NCBI GenBank assembly: GCA_028283765.1
Contig: JAPWJY010000001.1
Coordinates: forward strand, 2,357-66,356
DNA from: Parvibaculaceae bacterium
GTDB lineage: Bacteria; Pseudomonadota; Alphaproteobacteria; Parvibaculales; Parvibaculaceae
Length of the DNA: 64,000 nucleotides
Direction: 5' to 3'
The position numbers and the translations under genes were made by a program. Position 1 is the stretch's first letter. The number at the start of each line of letters is the position of its first letter. The notes under the pieces are model-generated. The model was given only the letters and a program-made list of their open reading frames with translations. It ran no database searches and had not been told where the DNA came from. Below, piece after piece: positions 47,150 to 56,154 of the stretch.

Positions 47150-47247
47150 GTTTTCTGTTTCTTCTCTTTAATTTTGCCCATGCCGATACGTCGGCCATAC
47201 CGGAGCATCCTCGTGATACTGGATAGCCACGATACAAAACTACGCAA

Positions 47248-47896
47248 AATGCCTCAGCAGGAACGCGCGCGAACGACGATCAAACGGATCCTTGAGGTAA
47301 CCGGAGAGGTGCTCGATCAGGTCGGGTTTGAAAAAACAAATACAAACCTGATTGCCCGCCAGTCCAGGACGAACATCAGTTCGCTCTATCAATATTTCCC
47401 CAACAAGCATGCGATCATCGCGGTGCTCCGCGAGAACATCCTTGATCAGCTTGTCGAGGTTTTCCGCCCCTTTCCCGATGAATTTGCCGCCAGCACGAAC
47501 TGGCAGGAAACCCTGCAGGCCTCCATCGCCCTCTTTATCGCAACGGCCAACGATCATCCCGGCTCGAAGGGGCTGCGCCGGATGCAATCGTCTCCATTGT
47601 CCACCCATCCGCTCGATCACCCGCGCGAGATGCGCATCACAGAATATCTGTCAAAGGGCTTTGCCTTGCGCAATCCCGCCCTTGGCGCTACGCATTGCCA
47701 GACCATGGCCCGGCTGGTGGTCCAGGCCATTCTCACACTCCTTGAATCAGACTCCCGGGGAATCATTCTCGCCCATCGCGAGATAGAGCGGCGCACAGAA
47801 GTCCATCGCATGTGCTTTGCCTATCTCGGCCAGTATTTTACAACAGCCGGCATGGAAATCCCGACCCTGCCCAATCAGGAAAATTCCATACCATGA
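47248..47896 (+). CDS. TetR/AcrR family transcriptional regulator
   Basis: From MPQQERARTTIKRILEVTGEVLDQVGFEKTNTNLIARQSRTNISSLYQYFPNKHAI (HTH). The upstream 60 codons of the track ORF lie in AT-rich, non-coding-looking sequence. GC about 48% in two 60-nt hand counts. Confidence 0.75.
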
Positions 47897-48101
47897 GCCA
47901 GTTTTTCAAACTTTTCCGACGATTGTTCAGGCGCACCCGGAAGCTGTCATATTATGACTCGCAGATTGGTGCGCGTGAGATCCATCGCAATCAGTCCCGC
48001 TCGCATCGCCCCTGACAGCACAGGATAAATCCGGTGCGTTACATGACCGCCTGATCTAGGATGGCACACTTGCTCAGTCCCATCCTTCCTTTCACGCGAT
48101 T

Positions 48102-49352
48102 ATGACCCAGATTTTACAAGACCCCGTCGAACCCTCCGTTCTGCGGTTCCGGGATTTCCAGCTCTATCTGACGAGCCGGCTTTTCGTCACTTTCGCAACG
48201 ATGATCCAGTCGGTCGCGGTCGGCTGGCATGTCTACGGGATCACCAACGATCCCCTGTCGCTCGGCTATGTCGGCCTGGCGCAATTCCTGCCCATGGTGC
48301 TGCTCACCCTGCCCGCCGGCGATGTCGCTGACCGCTTCGACCGGCGGCTCATCTTCGCCGCCGCAACGGCGCTGGAATTGCTGTCATCACTGTTGCTCAT
48401 CACTTTGGCCGTTCTCAACCCGGCCAGCGCCCTGCCTTTCTATGGCGTGCTCGCGATCTACGGCATGGCCAGGGCCTTCGCCGCTCCCGCGATGCAATCC
48501 TTTTTGCCAACGCTGGTGCCCGCGGAGCATCTGCCCCGTGCCATTGCGCTTTCGGCCTCCGTCTTTCAGGTCGCGGTGATTGCGGGCCCGGCCCTTGGCG
48601 GCGCGCTCTATATTTTCGGTCCGCTCGCAGCCTATGGCGCCAGCGCGGCACTCTTTGCCCTTGGCATTGCAGCCACGCTTTTGATCAAACCACGTCCCCG
48701 TCACCAGAACCCGTCGGATGCCGCCAGTACTGCTTTTGAGCGCGTCATGGCCGGCATCGGCTATGTGCGGCACAATCCTGTCGTGCTGGGCGCGCTCTCG
48801 CTCGATCTGTTTGCCGTGCTGCTGGGCGGGGCAACAGCCCTGTTGCCGGTTTTTGCTCGCGACATTCTCCATGTCGGCCCCGAGGGACTCGGCATGTTGC
48901 GCAGCGCCGTCGCAGCTGGCGCCTTCGTCACCAGCGTCGCCCTCGGCTATCTTTCCCTGAGCCGCAAGGCTGGCCTGCTGATGTTCGGCGCCGTTGCAAT
49001 TTTTGGTCTGGCCACAATCCTGTTTGGCCTTTCGGTCAATTTTTATCTTTCGCTGTTTGCCCTCTTCATTCTGGGCGCATCCGACATGATCAGCGTCTAT
49101 GTCCGTTCATCACTGATCCAGCTTGCCACGCCCGACGAAATGCGTGGCCGCGTAAGCGCCGTCAATTTCCTCTTCATTGGCGCATCGAACGAGCTTGGTG
49201 AATTTGAATCGGGCACTACCGCAGGCTGGTTCGGTACTGTGCCCGCCGTCATCATCGGCGGTGTCGGCACGCTTGTCGTTGTCGGCCTGTGGATGTGGGG
49301 TTTCCCCGCCCTCCGAAAAGTCGATCGCCTGTCGGATGTGAAACCGGGTTAA
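48102..49352 (+). CDS. MFS transporter (EntS/DUF894-like subfamily)
   Basis: 416 aa with 12 TM segments. N-terminal FRDFQLYLTSRLFVTFATMIQSVAVGWHVY and LPAGDVADRFDRR motifs. Confidence 0.85.
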   Translation: MTQILQDPVEPSVLRFRDFQLYLTSRLFVTFATMIQSVAVGWHVYGITNDPLSLGYVGLAQFLPMVLLTLPAGDVADRFDRRLIFAAATALELLSSLLLITLAVLNPASALPFYGVLAIYGMARAFAAPAMQSFLPTLVPAEHLPRAIALSASVFQVAVIAGPALGGALYIFGPLAAYGASAALFALGIAATLLIKPRPRHQNPSDAASTAFERVMAGIGYVRHNPVVLGALSLDLFAVLLGGATALLPVFARDILHVGPEGLGMLRSAVAAGAFVTSVALGYLSLSRKAGLLMFGAVAIFGLATILFGLSVNFYLSLFALFILGASDMISVYVRSSLIQLATPDEMRGRVSAVNFLFIGASNELGEFESGTTAGWFGTVPAVIIGGVGTLVVVGLWMWGFPALRKVDRLSDVKPG

Positions 49353-49495
49353 GCTGTCTGCATAAGAAAGCTATTGGCCGGGTAAAAATGACGCACCTGT
49401 TATGCGTGTGAGTCGGAACGTTTCTTGCTTACTTATCCATCGCACACGAACACTCCTGCCTAGAACCTCACCATGAACCGATCTGGAATCTGAAA

Positions 49496-50359
49496 ATGTC
49501 GATCCCCACGAACAAGCATATCCTCACCATTTCCTGCCCGGACGTTGTCGGTATCGTTGCTGCCGTATCGGGTCTTCTGGCGGAAGAAGGTTTGTTCATT
49601 ACGGAATCGAGTCATTTCGGCGATAGCGACACCATGCGTTTCTTTCAGCGCACCGTGTTCCGCCCGGTGGATCCCGCAAGCTTTTCGCGCACGCATTTCA
49701 TCGAACGCTTCAAGCCGATCGGCGAACGCTTCAACATGGACTGGCACATCTACAATGCCGATGTCCGCCCCTCTTTCCTGCTGATGGTCTCGAAGTTCGA
49801 TCATTGCCTGAACGACCTTCTCTATCGCTGGCGCACCGAGTCGCTGAAGATTCACATTCCCGCCATCGTCTCGAACCATCTCGATCTCGCGCCCCTCGCC
49901 CAGGCGCACCGTATTCCGTTTTTCCATATCCCCGTAACGAAAGACACGAAGGCGGAAGCCGAATCCCGGCTGCGCGATCTTGTCGATGAAACGAAATCGG
50001 AATTCATCGTGCTCGCCCGCTACATGCAGGTCCTTTCAAGTGAAATGTCCGCCGACCATATGGGCCGCATCGTCAACATCCACCATTCATTCCTGCCGAG
50101 CTTCAAGGGCGCCAAGCCCTATCATCAGGCTCATGCCCGCGGCGTGAAGCTGATCGGCGCGACGGCCCATTTCGTCACCAGCGATCTCGATGAAGGTCCG
50201 ATCATCGAGCAGCGCGTGGAGCGCGTGGACCACACCTATGTCGCCGATGAAATGGTGGAAGCCGGTCGCGACATCGAGGCGATCACCCTTGCCCACGCCA
50301 TCCAGGCGCTGGCGGAACGCCGCGTATTTCTCAACGAGAAAAAGACCGTCGTTTTCTAA
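49496..50359 (+). CDS. purU: formyltetrahydrofolate deformylase
   Basis: N-terminal ACT domain (ILTISCPDVVGIVAAVSGLL) and formyltransferase core (IVLARYMQVLS, NIHHSFLPSFKGAKPYHQA, GATAHFVTSDLDEGPII). Confidence 0.9.
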   Translation: MSIPTNKHILTISCPDVVGIVAAVSGLLAEEGLFITESSHFGDSDTMRFFQRTVFRPVDPASFSRTHFIERFKPIGERFNMDWHIYNADVRPSFLLMVSKFDHCLNDLLYRWRTESLKIHIPAIVSNHLDLAPLAQAHRIPFFHIPVTKDTKAEAESRLRDLVDETKSEFIVLARYMQVLSSEMSADHMGRIVNIHHSFLPSFKGAKPYHQAHARGVKLIGATAHFVTSDLDEGPIIEQRVERVDHTYVADEMVEAGRDIEAITLAHAIQALAERRVFLNEKKTVVF

Positions 50360-50368
50360 AAAGAAAAT

Positions 50369-50396
50369 GGCGGCATCCGGTTCGCCGGATGCCGCC
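50369..50396. terminator. strong hairpin terminator between convergent purU and the Fe-ADH gene
   Basis: GGCGGCATCCGG-ttcg-CCGGATGCCGCC, a 12-bp stem. On the minus strand it is followed by ATTTTCTTTTT. Confidence 0.75.
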
Positions 50397-50402
50397 TCAT
50401 TC

Positions 50403-51581
50403 TTATCGGTTCAGTTCACCGGTAATGGCCTGCCGGTAAAGCCCGGCCAGCGTCTCTTCATCGAGTACAATCGGGTTGCCGCCGCATGAAGGGTCAAGCG
50501 CCGCCATCGGCGCAAGTTCACCCACATGCTGCAACTGCACGCCCAGTTCCGCCAGCGTATTGGGAATGCCCAGTTCTTCCCGCAAGGCGAGCACCCAGTC
50601 CAGCACCGCATCGAACGAGGGGTTCGGCAGGTCGAGATAGCGCGCCAGCGCCGTCAGCCGCTCTTCGACGGCGCTGCGATTGAACAACAGCACATAGGGC
50701 ATCACCACCGCGTTGGTCAGCCCATGATGGGTGTTGAAGACCGCGCCGCAGGGGTGGCTCAGCGCGTGCATTGCGCCCAGCCCCTTCTGGAAGGCCGTCG
50801 CCCCCATGGAAGAGGCCACCATCATCTGCGAACGGGCGACGAGGTTCTTGCCATCCTTCGCTGCCACCGGCAGCCATTCCTTGATGAGCCTCATGCCCTC
50901 AAGCGCGATGCCCTGCGCCATCGGATGATAAAAGGGCGAGCAGAACGCTTCCAGATTATGCGACAGCGCATCCATGCCCACCCATGCGGTGATGTTGGCG
51001 GGCAAACCTTCCGTAAGCTGCGGATCGGCGATGACGATGGCGGGCTGCATCTTGGGATGAAAGATGATCTTCTTGGTATGATCGCTCTCGTCGGTGATGA
51101 CCGAGGCACGTCCCACTTCCGAGCCGGTGCCCGAGGTCGTCGGCACCGCGACCACAGGCGCCATGCCCTCCACATTGACCCGCGTCCACCAGTCCTCGCG
51201 ATCCTCGAAATCGAAGATCGGCCGCGTCTGGCCCACCATCAGCGCCACGGCCTTGGCCGTATCGAGGCCCGAGCCTCCGCCGAAGGCGATCACGCCGTCA
51301 TGCCCGCCCGCCTTGTAGGCGGCGACGCCCGCATCCACATTCGCGCCCACGGGGTTTGACTGCACATCGGCGAAGACGGTGCAGCCGAGCCCCGCGGCCT
51401 TCACGCTCTTCACGGCATCGGCCACCATCGGCAGCGAGGCCAGCGCCTTGTCTGTAACCAGCAACGGATTGGTCATGCCGAGAGTCTTGCAGGCGTCCGC
51501 CAGTTCAACCACCCGGCCGACGCCGAAGCGCACGCTGGTGGGGTAGTTCCAGTTGCCCCTGAGGGCATCGAGTTCGCTCAT
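50403..51581 (-). CDS. iron-containing (group III) alcohol dehydrogenase
   Basis: GGGSGLDTAK, VPTTSGTGSE and HALSHPCG metal-binding motifs. Start at MSELDAL. Confidence 0.9.
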   Translation of the reverse strand: MSELDALRGNWNYPTSVRFGVGRVVELADACKTLGMTNPLLVTDKALASLPMVADAVKSVKAAGLGCTVFADVQSNPVGANVDAGVAAYKAGGHDGVIAFGGGSGLDTAKAVALMVGQTRPIFDFEDREDWWTRVNVEGMAPVVAVPTTSGTGSEVGRASVITDESDHTKKIIFHPKMQPAIVIADPQLTEGLPANITAWVGMDALSHNLEAFCSPFYHPMAQGIALEGMRLIKEWLPVAAKDGKNLVARSQMMVASSMGATAFQKGLGAMHALSHPCGAVFNTHHGLTNAVVMPYVLLFNRSAVEERLTALARYLDLPNPSFDAVLDWVLALREELGIPNTLAELGVQLQHVGELAPMAALDPSCGGNPIVLDEETLAGLYRQAITGELNR

Positions 51582-51616
51582 GATTTTCTCTTGTTCCAGC
51601 AGGCTTACCAGCAAGC

Positions 51617-53004
51617 TTACAGTGTCCGCAGATGAAAGGATTTCGGCCGGGTCAGATGTTCATAGCCAACCACGGAGAGGGAAGCGCCATGCCCGGAATT
51701 CTTGACGCCGACCCAGGCGAGCGCAGGGTCGAGGTAATCGCACCGGTTGACGAAGAACGTGCCGGTCTCGATCTGCGTGCCGATGTCGAGGCCCGCTTCC
51801 TCGTCCGCCGTCCACACCGCCGCGGTCAGCCCGAATTCCGTATCGTTCATCAGCGCCACAGCCTCCTCGTCCGAGCTGACCTTCATGATGTTGACGAGGG
51901 GGCCGAAAATCTCCTGCCGCATGCTTGAGATCGAATGATCGACATCGACCAGAATCTGCGGTGCGACATAGGCCGTACCCTCTCTGGCGTTCACGAAATG
52001 CTTCTCATCCAGCAGCGGCCTCGCCCCTTCGGAAATGGCCTGCGCCACCTGCCTGCGGATTTCCGTGGCCGCTTCCGCTTTCACGACAGGCCCGAGATTA
52101 TTGTTGAGGTCGATGGGGTTGCCGAGACGATAGGCATTGGTGAGCGCCACGGCTCCCTCGACGAACTTGTCGTAATGGTTGGCCGCCACATAGATGCGCT
52201 GCGTGCCGCAGCAGGACTGGCCGGAATTGAAGAAAGCGCCATCGACGAGATTTTCAATGGCGTGATCGATGTTGGCGTCATGGCGCACATAGACCGGATC
52301 GCAGCCGCCAAGCTCCAGTCCGACGCCGATGAACCGCTCGCCCGCCACCCTTGCGACCTTGTGGCCGACGCCAACCGAGCCGGTGAAATTGACGTAATCC
52401 ACGCGCGGATCGCGGATCAGCTTTTCCGTATCGGGAATGGAAAGATGCAGCGCCTCGAAAACGCCTTCCGGCAGCCCGCCGCCCTGAAGGCTTCGGCAAA
52501 GCGCTCGGCGCACAGCAGCGTCTGCGGCGCCTGTTTCAGAATGACGGTATTGCCCGCCATGATCGCAGGCACCACCACATTGATCGTGATGAGATAGGGA
52601 TAATTCCAGGCTCCGATGACAAAGACCGTGCCGAGCGGCTCGCGCCGGATAAAACGGTTGAAGCCTTCGACAGGCGCGGGGCGCACATCGGCCAGCGACG
52701 CTTCCGCCGTTGCGATCATGTGCCGGGCGCGCTCCTCGAAGCCGCGCATCTCGAAAGGCGTCTGGGCCGCGGGCCGCCCCATCTGCCATGAAAGCTCGAG
52801 CGCGATCTCATCCTTCTTCGACAAAAAGGCGTCCACGAATTTCGTGCAGACCGCCGCCCGTTCGGCCATCGTCGTGCGCTTCCACGCCTTCTGCGCCGCC
52901 TTGGCGCGGGCCAGCGCGGCCTCTATCTCGCCGGGCCCGGCCAGCGGCCGTTCGGCATAGATGCTGCCATCAACCGGGGTGATCAGCTTGCAGGTTTCAG
53001 TCAT
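51617..53004 (-). pseudogene. aldehyde dehydrogenase family protein with an apparent 1-nt frameshift
   Basis: The N-terminal 175 aa (track ORF 52417-53013) end ...[23 protein letters not shown]. The continuation [12 protein letters not shown]...ELGGCDP...GQSCCGTQRIY... lies in another frame (track ORF 51617-52789). Catalytic Glu and Cys motifs are intact. Span is 1388 nt, not a multiple of 3. The junction is at the GGG run (plus-strand CCC 52475-52477). Confidence 0.8.
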
Positions 53005-53076
53005 TCGTCTCACACCTTCATGGATGTACGCACGTGCAGATTAACCCCGTCTCACAAGGCGGGGATAAGTCTGTCT

Positions 53077-54444
53077 TCAAATAATTTCGAAATAGCGATT
53101 GAGTTCCCAGTCGCTGACATGCTTGCGGAACTCGCGCTCTTCCCACTCGCGGGTCGCTGCATAATGGTCGACGAAATCGTCGCCGAACATCTCGCGCGCC
53201 ATCGCCGAGCCGCGCAGGGCCTGCGCGGCTTCCCACAGTGTGCGGGGCAGTTGCTGGTGCGCAGGCGCTTCCTCGAGATAGGCGTTGCCGGTCACGGCAG
53301 GATCGGGCTCGATGCCGTCCTCGATGCCCTTGAGGCCTGAGGCCAGAGCCGAGGCCATCACCAGATAGGGATTGGCATCTGCTCCCGGCACGCGATATTC
53401 CACCCGCTGCGATTTCGCGCTGCCGGGAATGGCGCGCAGCGCCACGGTGCGGTTGTCCACGCCCCATGTCGCCGCCGTGGGCGCCCAGTAACCGGGGATA
53501 AGCCGGCGGTAGGAATTGATGGTCGGCGCGGCAAAGGCGGTCATCTCCGGTAAATATTTCTGCATTCCGCCGATGAAATGGCGCATCGCGTCCGAAACAT
53601 GGCCGGGCTTCGAGGCGTCGTGAAAAACCGGCGCGCCCTCAAGGGTCTTGAGCGAAAGGTGGGTATGCCCGCCCTGCCCCGCCGCCGCCGGGTCCCACTT
53701 CGCCATGAAGCTCAGATGCCTGCCGGTGCGCTGGGCGAATATCTTGGAAAAGGTCTTGAAAAGGGCCGCCTTGTCGGCGGAGACCAATGCCTTGTCGACG
53801 ACAAGGGCGGCTTCGAGCGCCCCCGGCCCCGTTTCCTCATGGATACCCTCGATCGGCATGTCCATGGCGCTACAGAGATCGAGCAGGCCGCGATAGAATT
53901 CCGAATTGACCGAATTGCGGATCACCGAATAGCCGGCATTGCCCGAACCCATCGATTTCATCTGCCGGTAGCCCTTGGCGCGCAGGGCGGCGTCATCCTC
54001 GTCGAGCGCGAGGAATTCATATTCGCAGGCCGCGAGAACCTCAAAGCCCATGGAGCGGGCCTTGCCGAGCGCGCGCCTCAGCATGGCGCGCGGGCAGATC
54101 GCCTCATGCCGCCCGCCGAATTCGCCAAGGAAAAACAGCATATTGTCTTCCAGCGGCAGTTCCCGGCAGCTTTCCGGCAGGATGCGCACCGGCGCATCGC
54201 CATAGCCGCGATGCCAGCCCGTCACCGTGGTGTTGTCGTAAAGCTGGTCGTTCACGTCCCAGCCCAGCACCACGTCGCAGAAGCCGAAGCCGTCATCGAG
54301 CGAGGAGATGAATTTTTCGGCGGCCATATATTTGCCGTTCAGCACGCCATCGACATCGAACACGCCCACCTTCACCTGCCGGAGACCGCGCTCCTTCACG
54401 ATGGCGCGGGCATCGTCGGCTGTTCTTACGTCGCTGGGCTTCAT
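53077..54444 (-). CDS. glutamine synthetase family protein (gamma-glutamyl-amine ligase-like, PuuA/GlnA-like paralogue)
   Basis: 455 aa with GS catalytic-domain motifs (ACEYEFL, HEETGPGALE, SFMAKW, GHTHLSL, NSYRRL, RVEYRVPGADANPY). Confidence 0.85.
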   Translation of the reverse strand: MKPSDVRTADDARAIVKERGLRQVKVGVFDVDGVLNGKYMAAEKFISSLDDGFGFCDVVLGWDVNDQLYDNTTVTGWHRGYGDAPVRILPESCRELPLEDNMLFFLGEFGGRHEAICPRAMLRRALGKARSMGFEVLAACEYEFLALDEDDAALRAKGYRQMKSMGSGNAGYSVIRNSVNSEFYRGLLDLCSAMDMPIEGIHEETGPGALEAALVVDKALVSADKAALFKTFSKIFAQRTGRHLSFMAKWDPAAAGQGGHTHLSLKTLEGAPVFHDASKPGHVSDAMRHFIGGMQKYLPEMTAFAAPTINSYRRLIPGYWAPTAATWGVDNRTVALRAIPGSAKSQRVEYRVPGADANPYLVMASALASGLKGIEDGIEPDPAVTGNAYLEEAPAHQQLPRTLWEAAQALRGSAMAREMFGDDFVDHYAATREWEEREFRKHVSDWELNRYFEII

Positions 54445-54477
54445 GGCTTCTTCCTCGTGGCGGGTCGCTCGATATAG

Positions 54478-55974
54478 TCACGCCCTGTTGCGGGCGGCGG
54501 ATGCAAAGGCCGGGCCCATCGGGCTTATCCGGATACCGGGGCGCAGATGGCGATAGGGCAGCAATAGCGGATTGGCCGTATTGGCCCCCGGCGCCTCGGC
54601 GATCAGGATCTCGCGGGCAAGCGGCCCGAAATCCGCGCGGAAATGCACCGAGCTTTTGAGGACAAGAATTTTCTGCTCCCGGGGCTCCACGCCCAGATGG
54701 CGGAACATGGCCTGGTCGGCCGCCTGCTGCTTGCGGCTGGTGACGATGACCCGCACCCCTTCATGACGCAGCAGCGCCATGGGCCCCAGTTGCATCCGGC
54801 TGCCCGCATAAAAGGGGCCCGTGGCGAGAAAACGCCCGTCGCCCAGCCGCTCCACGGTGAAGCGCGCATGGACGGGCTTCTCGTCCGCCGCCCCCATCCT
54901 GGCCCCCAGATCGGCCTCGATCTCCGCGCCTTCTCCCGCCTGATGAGCCAGCCCCGCCACCTCCGGGTCGCACAGATTGGCGAGCACGGCGCCTTCGGCT
55001 CCCGCCTCGATCAAGGCCCGAAGCATCCCGACCGTATCGGACGTGCCGCCCGCGCCGGGATTGTCCTGCGTATCGGCGATGACGACGGGCCCCTCCATTG
55101 CCATGGCGGCCCTGACCGCCTCATGGGGCGCATAGAGCGTTCCGGCGAATTTCGCCTCAGCCGCCAGCGCTTGCCGGAAAAGCGCATCTGCTGCGCGCTC
55201 CACGGATTTTTCATCATAGCCATAGGCCAGCACGGCGGGGCCGGAGCCGGGGAAATCCGCCATGGCGAAACCGCCCACGAACGAAACGCAGAGAAGACCA
55301 TGCTCTTTCGCCAGATCGCCGGCCGCCGCCACAAGACCTGCCATCGGTTCCGACAGGGTGGATTGCCAGTGCAGCGGAATGAGATAGGGCAGCGGCCGCA
55401 GTGCGCGGGCGGGCTCGCCATCGAGACGCGCCAGCAAGTCCATCGACCGCGCGCCGGTCTCCGCCATGTCGATATGGGGATAGGTGCGATAGGGCACGAG
55501 AAGGCTCGCCTCGCGGACCATGCGGCCGGTCACATTGGCATGAAAATCAAGGCTGGCGACAACGGGGATATCTTTTCCAACCACGGCCCGGACCCGGGCC
55601 AGCAATTCGCCCTCGCCATCGTCGAGATGCTCGCAGACCATCGCGCCGTGCAGATCGAGATAGACGGCATCGACATTGCCCGCTGCCCTGAGCCGGTCGA
55701 GCATCATGGCCGAAACGGTTTCAAAGGCGTCCCGCGTGACATGGGCGGACGGGGTGGCCGAGCACCAGACCAGCGGCGCGATCTCATGGCCCCGCCCGCG
55801 AGCCTCCTCGATGAAGCCTGCGACCGGCACATTGATGCCTTTTACCGCCTCGGGGACTTCGCCTCCCTGAACCAGTCCCGGCCATGCGTCCGGCGCCTCG
55901 AAATCGGCGAGCGCCGCCTTCACCGGGGCGAAGGTGTTCGTTTCATGCTGGAAGCCGCCAACTGCTATACGCAA
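54478..55974 (-). CDS. M81 family metallopeptidase (MlrC/microcystinase C-like, DUF1485)
   Basis: MRIAVGGFQHETNTFAP N-terminus and 498-aa length are typical of MlrC-like proteins. Confidence 0.78.
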   Translation of the reverse strand: MRIAVGGFQHETNTFAPVKAALADFEAPDAWPGLVQGGEVPEAVKGINVPVAGFIEEARGRGHEIAPLVWCSATPSAHVTRDAFETVSAMMLDRLRAAGNVDAVYLDLHGAMVCEHLDDGEGELLARVRAVVGKDIPVVASLDFHANVTGRMVREASLLVPYRTYPHIDMAETGARSMDLLARLDGEPARALRPLPYLIPLHWQSTLSEPMAGLVAAAGDLAKEHGLLCVSFVGGFAMADFPGSGPAVLAYGYDEKSVERAADALFRQALAAEAKFAGTLYAPHEAVRAAMAMEGPVVIADTQDNPGAGGTSDTVGMLRALIEAGAEGAVLANLCDPEVAGLAHQAGEGAEIEADLGARMGAADEKPVHARFTVERLGDGRFLATGPFYAGSRMQLGPMALLRHEGVRVIVTSRKQQAADQAMFRHLGVEPREQKILVLKSSVHFRADFGPLAREILIAEAPGANTANPLLLPYRHLRPGIRISPMGPAFASAARNRA

Positions 55975-56091
55975 TCCTCATCTCCTGACGCCCCATCCTA
56001 AAGGCCGTCCCCGCACCCGATCTAGCTGGTCTTTCTCATATCTTGACATGCCCAAACCGGGGCTCATAGAGCGGCTGGAGAGTCCAAACGG

Positions 56092-56121
56092 AAAAGCCCG
56101 GCTGGATTGAGCCGGGCTTTT
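56092..56121 (-). terminator. intrinsic terminator after rpoD
   Basis: AAAA-AGCCCGGCT-ggattg-AGCCGGGCT-TTTT, a 9-bp stem. A second small hairpin, CTCTGTC-tca-GACAGAG (56136-56152), abuts the stop codon. Confidence 0.7.
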
Positions 56122-56154
56122 GTCTGAAGGAGGCACTCTGTCTCAGACAGAGCC

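Noticed and set aside
49353-49495. Possible riboswitch (ZTP/pfl or other) in the purU leader
   Set aside because: The conserved 3' CCGCCTGGGC-like element of the ZTP motif is absent, and I could not draw a conserved-looking fold. Only a 5-bp hairpin (ACGCA...TGCGT) is present.
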